Shown in pieces: positions 10,697 through 24,894 of a stretch of DNA of 64,000 nucleotides (its first letter is position 1; each line of letters opens with the position of its first letter). Origin of the DNA: the human T2T-CHM13v2.0 reference genome, Homo sapiens; assembly GCF_009914755.1 (NCBI RefSeq), contig NC_060948.1; one strand, given 5' to 3'. The translations under genes and the position numbers were made by a program. The notes under the pieces are model-generated. The model was not told the origin of the DNA. It saw only the letters and a list, made by a program, of their open reading frames with translations, and ran no database searches.

Positions 10697-13600
10697 GTAA
10701 TGAACTTTAATGGAATGTACTCGAATGGATTCGACTGGAATGGAATGTTCTGGAAGTGAATGGACTCCAATGGAATGGATTCAAAAGGAATGGAATCGTA
10801 CGGAATGGAATCTAATGGAATGGAATTAAATGGAAATGAATCAAATTGAATAGCACGGAATTGAATTGAATGGAATGGAATGCAATGGAATCTAATGAAA
10901 CGGAAAGGAAAGGAATGGAATGGAATGGAATGGGCTGGAATGGAAAGGAATCGAAACGAATGGAATGGAATCGAACTGAAGAGACTGGAATGGAATGCAC
11001 TGGAATGGAAGGGAGTGTAATGGAAGGTTCTCGAAAAAAATGGAATCGAATGGAATGGAATTGAATGGAACGGAATAGAGTCGAATGGAATTGAATGGAA
11101 TGGAATGGACTAGAGTGAAATGGAATCGAACCACAAGGAATGGACAGGAATAGAATGGTCTCGAATTGAATGGAATCGTATGGAATGGCATCAAACGGAA
11201 TGGAATGGACAGCCACGGAATGGAATGCACTCGAATGCAATGGAGTCGAAACTAATGGACTGGAATAGAATGGACTCGACTGGTACGGACTCCAATGGAA
11301 TGGAATCGAATGGAAGGGAATCGAACGGAATGGACTCGAAGGGAAAAGACTGCAATGGAAAGGTCTCGAATGGAATGGAAATTAATGGAATGGAATGGAA
11401 TCGAATGAAATGGAGTCAAAAGGAATGGAATCGAATGGCAAGAAATCGAATGTAATGGAATCGCAAGGAATTGATGTGAACGGAACGGAATGGAATGGAA
11501 TCCAAAGGAATGGAATAGAATGGAATGGAATCGAATGGAAAGGACTCGAATGGAAATCACTCGAATAGAATGCAATTTAATAAAATAGGATCAAATGTAA
11601 TGGAATGGAATGGAAAGGAATCGAAACGAAAGGAATGGAGACAGATGGAATGGAATGGAACAGAGAGCAATGGTATAGAATGGAATGGAATCATCTGGAA
11701 TGGAATTGAATGGAATGGAATAATATGAAATGGAATGGAATGGAATGGAATGGAATGCCCTTGAATTAAATGGACTGGAATGGAATGGACTCGAACAGAG
11801 TGGAATGGAAAGTGTTGAGATAGAATGGAATGGACTCCTTTGGAATGGTGTAGTATGCAATGCAATCGACTGGCAGGGAATCAAAAGGAATGTAATGGAA
11901 TGGACTGGACTGGAATGCAATGGACTCGAATAGATTGGAAACGGAATGCAAAGGAATGGAATGGAATAGTATGGAATGGAATGGAAAGGAATGGAGTGGA
12001 ATAGACTAGAGTGGAATGGAATGGACTGGAAAGCAATGGACTGGAATGGAACTTTCTTGAATGGACTGGAATCAAACGGAATGGAATGCAATGCAATCAA
12101 ATGGCATGGAATAAAATAGAATGAAGAAAATGAAATGGAATTGAATCGAATGGAATCGAATGGATTGGAAAGGAATAGAATGGAATGGAATGGAATTGAC
12201 TCAAATGGAATGGACTAGAATGGAATGGATTCGAATGGAAGGCAAAGGAATGGAATCTATTGGAATGGACTGTAATGGAATGGAATGGAAGGGATTGGAA
12301 TGGACTCGAATGGAATGGACTGCAATAGAAAGGATTCGAATGGAATGAAAAAGAATTGAATGGAATAGAACAGAATGGAATCAAATCGAATGAAATGGAA
12401 TGGAATAGAAAGGAATGGAATGAAATGGAATGGAAAGGATTCGAATGGAATGCAATCGAATGGAATGGAATCGAACGGAATGGAATAAAATGGAAGAAAA
12501 CTGGCAAGAAATGGAATCGAAATGAATGGAGTGTTATGGAACGGACTCAAAAGGAATTGAATGTAATAGAATGGAGTGGAGTGGACTCGAATATAATGGA
12601 CTGGAATGGAATGAAATCACATGGAATGGGAACGAATGGAATGGAATGGAAAGGAATGGAATCGAATGGAAAGGAATCGAATAGAAGGGAATGAAATTGA
12701 ATCAACAGGAATGGAAGGGAATAGAATAGACGGTAATGGAATGGACTCGAATTGAATGGACACGAATGCTGAAATTGAATGGACTCGAATGGAATGGAAA
12801 CGAAAGGAATGTCATCGAATGGAATTGAATCGATTGGAATGAAATCGCATAGAATGGAGTGGAATCAAATGGAATTGAATCGAAAGGAAAGGAAGCGAAT
12901 GGACTGAAACGAAATGGAATGGAATTGAATGGAAAGTAATGCAATGGAATAGAATGGAACGAAATTTCACGGAATGGAATCAAACTGAATGGAATCAAAT
13001 CAATGGAATCTAATCAAATGGAATGGAAAGGAACTGAATGGAGTAGATTGGATTGGATGGGATTGGAATGAAATGTACTGGAAAGGACTCGAATTTCATG
13101 AAACGGAATGGAATGAATTGGAACGGAATGGACTCGAATGGAATGGAATGTCATGGAATGGCATCAAATGGAATGGCATCAAATGGAATGGAATCGAATG
13201 CAATGGAATGCTATGGAATGGAATGGAATGCATTGGAATGGAATGTCCTCTAATGGAATGGATTCGAGTGGAATGGCATCGAATATAACGGAGTCGAATG
13301 AAATGGAATTGAAAAGAATGGGATCGAATACAATGGAATATACTGGAATGTAATGTAATGAACTCGAATGTAATTGACTGGAATGGAATGTACATGAATG
13401 GAATGTAATCGAATGGAAAGTAATCCAATGGAATAGAATCTAATGCAATAAAATCGACTCAGATAGAGTAGAATGTAATGGAATGGAGTGCAGTGCAATG
13501 GAATGGAATGGAATGGAATGCAATGGAATGGAATGGAATGGAATGGAATGGAATTTAATGGAATGGGATGGAATGGTATGGAATGGATAGTAATGGACTG

Positions 13601-14259
13601 GAGTGAAATGGACTGGAAAGGAATGGACTCAAATTGAAAGGGCTCGAAAGGAATGGAGTCAAATGGAATGGTCTGGAATGGAATGAACACGAATGTAATG
13701 CAATCCAATAGAATGGAATCGAATGGCATGGAATATAAAGAAATGGAATCGAAGAGAATGGAAACAAATGGAATGGAATTGAATGGAATGGAATTGAATG
13801 GAATGGGAACGAATGGAGTGAAATTGTATGCAGTAGAAGGGAATAGAATGGAATGCAAGCGAAAGGAAAGGAATGGATTGGAATGGAATGGAATTCATTG
13901 GAATGGAAGGGAATGTAGTGTAATGGACAGGCCTGGAATAAAGTGGAATGCTACGGTCTCGAATGGAATAAAAATGTATGGAATGGAATGCAATGAAACG
14001 GAATCGAATGTCATAGAATGTAATGGAATGCAAAAAAATGGAATCCAAAATCATTGACAGGAAAGGCTGGGTGTCGAAAGGAATTGACTCCAATGGAATG
14101 GAATCGAATGGAATGGAAGTGAATAGAATCGAACTAAATCGAATGGAATGGAATTGATAGGAACGGAATGGAAAGGAATGCAATGATTTGGCATGGAATG
14201 GAATCGAATGGCATCGAATGGAATGGAATGGAATGCAATGGAATGGAATGTATTAGAAT
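10697..14259 (+). repeat. DYZ1 unit 4 (3563 bp)
   Basis: Anchor at 10697 and 14260. Confidence 0.9.
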
Positions 14260-17200
14260 GTAATGAACTTTAATGGAATGTACTCGAATGGATTCGACTG
14301 GAATGGAATGTTCTGGAAGTGAATGGACTCCAATGGAATGGATTCAAAAGGAATGGAATCGTACGGAATGGAATCTAATGGAATGGAATTAAATGGAAAT
14401 GAATCAAATTGAATAGCACGGAATTGAATTGAATGGAATGGAATGCAATGGAATCTAATGAAACGGAAAGGAAAGGAATGGAATGGAATGGAATGGGCTG
14501 GAATGGAAAGGAATCGAAACGAATGGAATGGAATCGAACTGAAGAGACTGGAATGGAATGCACTGGAATGGAAGGGAGTGTAATGGAAGGTTCTCGAAAA
14601 AAATGGAATCGAATGGAATGGAATTGAATGGAACGGAATAGAGTCGAATGGAATTGAATGGAATGGAATGGACTAGAGTGAAATGGAATCGAACCACAAG
14701 GAATGGACAGGAATAGAATGGTCTCGAATTGAATGGAATCGTATGGAATGGCATCAAACGGAATGGAATGGACAGCCACGGAATGGAATGCACTCGAATG
14801 CAATGGAGTCGAAACTAATGGACTGGAATAGAATGGACTCGACTGGTACGGACTCCAATGGAATGGAATCGAATGGAAGGGAATCGAACGGAATGGACTC
14901 GAAGGGAAAAGACTGCAATGGAAAGGTCTCGAATGGAATGGAAATTAATGGAATGGAATGGAATCGAATGAAATGGAGTCAAAAGGAATGGAATCGAATG
15001 GCAAGAAATCGAATGTAATGGAATCGCAAGGAATTGATGTGAACGGAACGGAATGGAATGGAATCCAAAGGAATGGAATAGAATGGAATGGAATCGAATG
15101 GAAAGGACTCGAATGGAAATCACTCGAATAGAATGCAATTTAATAAAATAGGATCAAATGTAATGGAATGGAATGGAAAGGAATCGAAACGAAAGGAATG
15201 GAGACAGATGGAATGGAATGGAACAGAGAGCAATGGTATAGAATGGAATGGAATCATCTGGAATGGAATTGAATGGAATGGAATAATATGAAATGGAATG
15301 GAATGGAATGGAATGGAATGCCCTTGAATTAAATGGACTGGAATGGAATGGACTCGAACAGAGTGGAATGGAAAGTGTTGAGATAGAATGGAATGGACTC
15401 CTTTGGAATGGTGTAGTATGCAATGCAATCGACTGGCAGGGAATCAAAAGGAATGTAATGGAATGGACTGGACTGGAATGCAATGGACTCGAATAGATTG
15501 GAAACGGAATGCAAAGGAATGGAATGGAATAGTATGGAATGGAATGGAAAGGAATGGAGTGGAATAGACTAGAGTGGAATGGAATGGACTGGAAAGCAAT
15601 GGACTGGAATGGAACTTTCTTGAATGGACTGGAATCAAACGGAATGGAATGCAATGCAATCAAACGGCATGGAATAAAATAGAATGAAGAAAATGAAATG
15701 GAATTGAATCGAATGGAATCGAATGGATTGGAAAGGAATAGAATGGAATGGAATGGAATTGACTCAAATGGAATGGACTAGAATGGAATGGATTCGAATG
15801 GAAGGCAAAGGAATGGAATCTATTGGAATGGACTGTAATGGAATGGAATGGAAGGGATTGGAATGGACTCGAATGGAATGGACTGCAATAGAAAGGATTC
15901 GAATGGAATGAAAAAGAATTGAATGGAATAGAACAGAATGGAATCAAATCGAATGAAATGGAATGGAATAGAAAGGAATGGAATGAAATGGAATGGAAAG
16001 GATTCGAATGGAATGCAATCGAATGGAATGGAATCGAACGGAATGGAATAAAATGGAAGAAAACTGGCAAGAAATGGAATCGAAATGAATGGAGTGTTAT
16101 GGAACGGACTCAAAAGGAACTGAATGTAATAGAATGGAGTGGAGTGGACTCGAATATAATGGACTGGAATGGAACGAAATCACATGGAATGGGAACGAAT
16201 GGAATGGAATGGAAAGGAATGGAATCGAATGGAAAGGAATCGAATGGAAGGGAATGAAATTGAATCAACAGGAATGGAAGGGAATAGAATAGACGGTAAT
16301 GGAATGGACTCGAATAGAATGGACACGAATGCTCAAATTGAATGGACTCGAATGGAATGGAAACGAAAGGAATGTCATCGAATGGAATTGAATCGATTGG
16401 AATGAAATCGCACAGAATGGAGTGGAATCAAATGGAATTGAATCGAAAGGAAAGGAAGCAAATGGACTGAAATGAAATGGAATGGAATTGAATGGAAAGT
16501 TATGTAATGGAATACAATGGAACGAAATTTCACGGAATGGAATCAAACTGAATGGAATCAAATCAATGGAATCAAATCAAATGGAATGGAAAGGAATTGA
16601 ATGGAGTAGATTGGATGGGATGGGATTGGAATGAAATGTACTGGAAAGGACTCGAATTTCATGAAACGGAATGGAATGAATTGGAACGGAATGGACTCGA
16701 ATGGAATGGAATGTCAGGGAATGGCATCAAATGGAATGGCATCAAATTGAATGGAATCGAATGCAATGGAATGCTATGGAATGGAATGGAATGCATTGGA
16801 ATGGAATGTCCTCTAATGGAATGGATTCGAGTGGAATGGAATCGAATATAATGGAGTCGAATGAAATGGAATTGAAAGGAATAGGATCGAATACAATGGA
16901 ATATACTGGAATGTAATGTAATGAACTCGAATGTAATTGACTGGAATGGAATGTACATGAATGGAATGTAATCGAATGGAAAGTAATCCAATGGAATAGA
17001 ATCTAATGCAATAAAATCGACTCAGATAGAGTAGAATGTAATGGAATGGAGTGCAGTGCAATGGAATGGAATGGAATGGAATGCAATGGAATGGAATGGA
17101 ATGGAATGGAATGGAATGGAATGGTGTGGAATGGATAGTAATGGACTGGAGTGAAATGGACTGGAAAGGAATGGACTCAAATTGAAAGGGCTCGAAAGGA

Positions 17201-17807
17201 ATGGAGTCAAATGGAATGGTCTGGAATGGAATGAACACGAATGTAATGCAATCCAATAGAATGGAATCGAATGGCATGGAATATAAAGAAATGGATTCGA
17301 AGAGAATGGAAACAAATGGAATGGAATTGAATGGAATGGAATTGAATGGAATGGGAACGAATGGAGTGAAATTGTATGCAGTAGAAGGGAATAGAATGGA
17401 ATGCAAGCGAAAGGAAAGGAATGGATTGGAATGGAATGGAATTCATTGGAATGGAAGGGAATGTAGTGTAATGGACAGGCCTGGAATAAAGTGGAATGCT
17501 ACGGTCTCGAATGGAATAAAAATGTATGGAATGGAATGCAATGAAACGGAATCGAATGTCATAGAATGTAATGGAATGCAAAAAAATGGAATCCAAAATC
17601 ATTGACTGGAAAGGCTGGGTGTCGAAAGGAATTGACTCCAATGGAATGGAATCGAATGGAATGGAAGTGAATAGAATCGAACTAAATCGAATGGAATGGA
17701 ATTGATAGGAACGGAATGGAAAGGAATGCAATGATTTGGCATGGAATGGAATCGAATGGCATCGAATGGAATGGAATGGAATGCAATGGAATGGAATGTA
17801 TTAGAAT
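14260..17807 (+). repeat. DYZ1 unit 5 (3548 bp)
   Basis: Anchor at 14260 and 17808. Confidence 0.9.
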
Positions 17808-20800
17808 GTAATGAACTTTAATGGAATGTACTCGAATGGATTCGACTGGAATGGAATGTTGTGGAAGTGAATGGACTCCAATGGAATGGATTCAAAAGGA
17901 ATGGAATCGTACGGAATGGAATCTAATGGAATGGAATTAAATGGAAATGAATCAAATTGAATAGCACGGAATTGAATTGAATGGAATGGAATGCAATGGA
18001 ATCTAATGAAACGGAAAGGAAAGGAATGGAATGGAATGGAATGGAATGGGCTGGAATGGAAAGGAATCGAAACGAATGGAATGGAATCGAACTGAAGAGA
18101 CTGGAATGGAATGCACTGGAATGGAAGGGAGTGTAATGGAAGGTTCTCGAAAAAAATGGAATCGAATGGATTGGAATTGAATGGAACGGAATAGAGTCGA
18201 ATGGAATTGAATGGAATGGAATGGACTAGAGTGAAATGGAATCGAACCACAAGGAATGGACAGGAATAGAATGGTCTCGAATTGAATGGAATCGTATGGA
18301 ATGGCATCAAACGGAATGGAATGGACAGCCACGGAATGGAATGCACTCGAATGCAATGGAGTCGAAACTAATGGACTGGAATAGAATGGACTCGACTGGT
18401 ACGGACTCCAATGGAATGGAATCGAATGGAAGGGAATCGAACGGAATGGACTCGAAGGGAAAAGACTGCAATGGAAAGGTCTCGAATGGAATGGAAATTA
18501 ATGGAATGGAATGGAATCGAATGAAATGGAGTCAAAAGGAATGGAATCGAATGGCAAGAAATCGAATGTAATGGAATCGCAAGGAATTGATGTGAACGGA
18601 ACGGAATGGAATGGAATCCAAAGGAATGGAATAGAATGGAATGGAATCGAATGGAAAGGACAAGAATGGAAATCACTCGAATAGAATGCAATTTAATAAA
18701 ATAGGATCAAATGTAATGGAATGGAATGGAAAGGAATCGAAACGAAAGGAATGGAGACAGATGGAATGGAATGGAACAGAGAGCAATGGTATAGAATGGA
18801 ATGGAATCATCTGGAATGGAATTGAATGGAATGGAATAATATGAAATGGAATGGAATGGAATGGAATGGAATGCCCTTGAATTAAATGGACTGGAATGGA
18901 ATGGACTCGAACAGAGTGGAATGGAAAGTGTTGAGATAGAATGGAATGGACTCCTTTGGAATGGTGTAGTATGCAATGCAATCGACTGGCAGGGAATCAA
19001 AAGGAATGTAATCGAATGGATTGGACTGGAATGCAATGGACTCGAATAGATTGCAAACGGAATGCAAAGGAATGGAATGGAATAGTATGGAATGGAATGG
19101 AAAGGAATGGAGTGGAATAGACTACAGTGGAATGGAATGGACTGGAAAGCAATGGACTGGAATGGAACTTTATTGAATGGACTGGAATCAAACGGAATGG
19201 AATGCAATGCAATCAAATGGCATGGAATAAAATAGAATGAAAGAGAATCAAATGGAATTGAATCGAATGGAATCGAATGGATTGGAAAGGAATAGAATGG
19301 AATGGAATGGAATTGACTCAAATGGAATGGACTAGAATGGAATGGATTCGAATGGAAGGCAAAGGAATGGAATCTATTGGAATGGACTGTAATGGAATGG
19401 AATGGAAGGGATTGGAATGGACTGCAATAGAAAGGATTCGAATGGAATGAAAAAGAATTGAATGGAATAGAACAGAATGGAATCAAATCGAATGAAATGG
19501 AATGGAATAGAAAGGAATGGAATGAAATGGAATGGAAAGGATTCGAATGGAATGCAATCGAATGGAATGGAATCGAACGGAATGGAATAAAATGGAAGAA
19601 AACTGGCAAGAAATGGAATCGAAATGAAGGGAGTGTTATGGAACGGACTCAAATGAATTGAATGTAATAGAATGGAGTGGAGTGGACTCGAATATAATGG
19701 ACTGGAATGGAATGAAATCACATGGAATGGGAACGAATGGAATGGAATGGAAAGGAATGGAATCGAATGGAAAGGAATCGAATGGAAGGGAATGAAATTG
19801 AATCAACAGGAATGGAAGGGAATAGAATAGACGGTAATGGAATGGACTCGAATAGAATGGACACGAATGCTCAAATTGAATGGACTCGAATGGAATGGAA
19901 ACGAAAGGAATGTCATCGAATGGAATTGAATCGATTGGAATGAAATCGCATAGAATGGAGTGGAATCAAATGGAATTGAATCGAAAGGAAAGGAAGCGAA
20001 TGGACTGAAATGGAATGGAATTGAATGGAAAGTAATGCAATGGAATAGAAGGGAACGAAATTTCACGGAATGGAATCAAACTGAATGGAATCAAATCAAT
20101 GGAATCAAATCAAATGGAATGGAAAGGAATTGAATGGAGTAGATTGGATTGGATGGGATTGGAATGAAATGTACTGGAAAGGACTCGAATTTCATGAAAC
20201 GGAATGGAATGAATTGGAACGGAATGGACTCGAATGGAATGGAATGTCATGGAATGGCATCAAATGGAATGGCATCAAATGGAATGGAATCGAATGCAAT
20301 GGAATGCTATGGAATGGAATGGAATGCATTGGAATGGAATGTCCTCTAATGGAATGGATTCGAGTGGAATGGAATCGAATATAATGGAGTCGAATGAAAT
20401 GGAATTGAAAGGAATGGGATCGAATACAATGGAATATACTGGAATGTAATGTAATGAACTCGAATGTAATTGACTGGAATGGAATGTACATGAATGGAAT
20501 GTAATCGAATGGAAAGTAATCCAATGGAATAGAATCTAATGCAATAAAATCGACTCAGATAGAGTAGAATGTAATGGAATGGAGTGCAGTGCAATGGAAT
20601 GGAATGGAATGGAATGCAATGGAATGGAATGCAATGGAATGGAATGGAATTGAATGGGATGGAATGGTATGGAATGGACAGTAATGGACTGGAGTGAAAT
20701 GGACTGCAAAGGAATGGACTCAAATTGAAAGGGCTCGAAAGGAATGGAGACAAATGGAATGGTCTGGAATGGAATGAACACGAATGTAATGCAATCCAAT

Positions 20801-21350
20801 AGAATGGAGTCGAATGGCATGGAATATAAAGAAATGGAATCGAAGAGAATGGAAACAAATGGAATGGAATTGAATGGAATGGAATTGAATGGAATGGGAA
20901 AGAATGGAGTGAAATTGTATGCAGTAGAAGAGAATAGAATGGAATGCAAGCGAAAGGAAAGGAATGGATTGGAATGGAATGGAATTCATTGGAATGGAAG
21001 GGAATGTAGTGTAATGGACAGGCCTGGAATAAAGTGGAATGCTACGGTCTCGAATGGAATAAAAATGTATGGAATGGAATGCAATGAAACGGAATCGAAT
21101 GTCATAGAATGTAATGGAATGCAAAAAAATGGAATCCAAAATCATTGACTGGAAAGGCTGGGTGTCGAAAGGAATTGACTCCAATGGAATGGAATCGAAT
21201 GGAATGGAAGTGAATAGAATCGAACTAAATCGAATGGAATGGAATTGATAGGAACGGAATGGAAAGGAATGCAATGATTTGGCATGGAATGGAATCGAAT
21301 GGCATCGAATGGAATGGAATGGAATGCAATGGAATGGAATGTATTAGAAT
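17808..21350 (+). repeat. DYZ1 unit 6 (3543 bp)
   Basis: Anchor at 17808 and 21351. Several private indels. Confidence 0.9.
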
Positions 21351-24300
21351 GTAATGAACTTTAATGGAATGTACTCGAATGGATTCGACTGGAATGGAAT
21401 GTTGTGGAAGTGAATGGACTCCAATGGAATGGATTCAAAAGGAATGGAATCGTACGGAATGGAATCTAATGGAATGGAATTAAATGGAAATGAATCAAAT
21501 TGAATAGCACGGAATTGAATTGAATGGAATGGAATGCAATGGAATCTAATGAAACGGAAAGGAAAGGAATGGAATGGAATGGAATGGGCTGGAATGGAAA
21601 GGAATCGAAACGAATGGAATGGAATCGAACTGAAGAGACTGGAATGGAATGCACTGGAATGGAAGGGAGTGTAATGGAAGGTTCTCGAAAAAAATGGAAT
21701 CGAATGGAATGGAATTGAATGGAACGGAATAGAGTCGAATGGAATTGAATGGAATGGAATGGACTAGAGTGAAATGGAATCGAACCACAAGGAATGGACA
21801 GGAATAGAATGGTCTCGAATTGAATGGAATCGTATGGAATGGCATCAAACGGAATGGAATGGACAGCCACGGAATGGAATGCACTCGAATGCAATGGAGT
21901 CGAAACTAATGGACTGGAATAGAATGGACTCGACTGGTACGGACTCCAATGGAATGGAATCGAATGGAAGGGAATCGAACGGAATGGACTCGAAGGGAAA
22001 AGACTGCAATGGAAAGGTCTCGAATGGAATGGAAATTAATGGAATGGAATGGAATCGAATGAAATGGAGTCAAAAGGAATGGAATCGAATGGCAAGAAAT
22101 CGAATGTAATGGAATCGCAAGGAATTGATGTGAACGGAACGGAATGGAATGGAATCCAAAGGAATGGAATAGAATGGAATGGAATCGAATGGAAAGGACT
22201 CGAATGGAAATCACTCGAATAGAATGCAATTTAATAAAATAGGATCAAATGTAATGGAATGGAATGGAAAGGAATCAAAACGAAAGGAATGGAGACAGAT
22301 GGAATGGAATGGAACAGAGAGCAATGGTATAGAATGGAATGGAATCATCTGGAATGGAATTGAATGGAATGGAATAATATGAAATGGAATGGAATGGAAT
22401 GGAATGGAATGCCCTTGAATTAAATGGACTGGAATGGAATGGACTCGAACAGAGTGGAATGGAAAGTGTTGAGATAGAATGGAATGGACTCCTTTGGAAT
22501 GGTGTAGTATGCAATGCAATCGACTGGCAGGGAATCAAAAGGAATGTAATGGAATGGATTGGACTGGAATGCAATGGACTCGAATAGATTGGAAACGGAA
22601 TGCAAAGGAATGGAATGGAATAGTATGGAATGGAATGGAAAGGAATGGAGTGGAATAGACTAGAGTGGAATGGAATGGACTGGAAAGCAATGGACTGGAA
22701 TGGAACTTTCTTGAATGGACTGGAATCAAACGGAATGGAATGCAATGCATTCAAATTGCATGGAATAAAATAGAATGAAAGAGAATGAAATGGAATTGAA
22801 TCGAATGGAATCGAATGGATTGGAAAGGAATAGAATGGAATGGAATGGAATTGACTCAAATGGAATGGACTAGAATGGAATGGATTCGAATGGAAGGCAA
22901 AGGAATGGAATCTATTGGAATGGACTGTAATGGAATGGAATGGAAGGGATTGGAATGGACTCGAATGGAATGGACTGCAATAGAAAGGATTCGAATGGAA
23001 TGAAAAAGAATTGAATGGAATAGAACAGAATGGAATCAAATCGAATGAAATGGAATGGAATAGAAAGGAATGGAATGAAATGGAATGGAAAGGATTCGAA
23101 TGGAATGCAATCGAATGGAATGGAATCGAACGGAATGGAATAAAATGGAAGAAAACTGGCAAGAAATGGAATCGAAATGAATGGAGTGTTATGGAACGGA
23201 CTCAAAAGGAATTGAATGTAATAGAATGGAGTGGAGTGGACTCGAATATAATGGACTGGAATGGAATGAAATCACATGGAATGGGAACGAATGGAATGGA
23301 ATGGATAGGAATGGAATCGAATGGAAAGGAATCGAATGGAAGGGAATGAAATTGAATCAACAGGAATGGAAGGGAATAGAATAGACGGTAATGGAATGGA
23401 CTCGAATAGAATGGACACGAATGCTCAAATTGAATGGACTCGAATGGAATGGAAACGAAAGGAATGTCATCGAATGGAATTGAATCGATTGGAATGAAAT
23501 CTCATAGAATGGAGTGGAATCAAATGGAATTGAATCGAAAGGAAAGGAAGCGAATGGACTGAAACGAAATGGAATGGAATTGAATGGAAAGTAATGCAAT
23601 GGAATAGAATGGAACGAAATTTCACGGAATGGAATCAAACTGAATGGAATCAAATCAATGGAATCCAATCAAATGGAATGGAGTAGATTGGATTGGATGG
23701 GATTGGAATGAAATGTACTGGAAAGGACTCGAATTTCATGAAACGAAATGGAATGAATTGGAACGGAATGGACTCGAATGGAATGGAATGTCATAGAATG
23801 GCATCAAATGGAATGGCATCAAATGGAATGGAATCGAATGCAATGGAATGCTATGGAATGGAATGGAATGCATTGGAATGGAATGTCCTCTAATGGAATG
23901 GATTCGAGTGGAATGGAATCGAATATAATGGAGTCGAATGAAATGGAATTGAAAGGAATGGGATCGAATACAATGGAATATACTGGAATGTAATGTAATG
24001 AACTCGAATGTAATTGACTGGAATGGAATGTACATGAATGGAATGTAATCGAATGGAAAGTAATCCAATGGAATAGAATCTAATGCAATAAAATCGACTC
24101 AGATAGAGTAGAATGTAATGGAATGGAGTGCAGTGCAATGGAATGGAATGGAATGGAATGCAATGGAATGGAATGGAATGGAATGGAATGGAATGGAATG
24201 GGATGGAATGGTATGGAATGGATAGTAATGGACTGGAGTGAAATGGACTGGAAAGGAATGGACTCAAATTGAAAGGGCTCGAAAGGAATGGAGTCAAATG

Positions 24301-24894
24301 GAATGGTCTGGAATGGAATGAACACGAATGTAATGCAATCCAATAGAATGGAATCGAATGGCATGGAATATAAAGAAATGGAATCGAAGAGAATGGAAAC
24401 AAATGGAATGGAATTGAATGGAATGGAATTGAATGGAATGGGAACGAATGGAGTGAAATTGTATGCAGTAGAAGAGAATAGAATGGAATGCAAGTGAAAG
24501 GAAAGGAATGGATTGGAATGGAATGGAATTCATTGGAATGGAAGGGAATGTAGTGTAATGGACAGGCCTGGAATAAAGTGGAATGCTACGGTCTCGAATG
24601 GAATAAAAATGTATGGAATGGAATGCAATGAAACGGAATCGAATGTCATAGAATGTAATGGAATGCAAAAAAATGGAATCCAAAATCATTGACTGGAAAG
24701 GCTGGGTGTCGAAAGGAATTGACTCCAATGGAATGGAATCGAATGGAATGGAAGTGAATAGAATCGAACTAAATCGAATGGAATGGAATTGATAGGAACG
24801 GAATGGAAAGGAATGCAATGATTTGGCATGGAATGGAATCGAATGGCATCGAATGGAATGGAATGGAATGCAATGGAATGGAATGTATTAGAAT
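21351..24894 (+). repeat. DYZ1 unit 7 (3544 bp)
   Basis: Anchor at 21351 and 24895. Confidence 0.9.
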
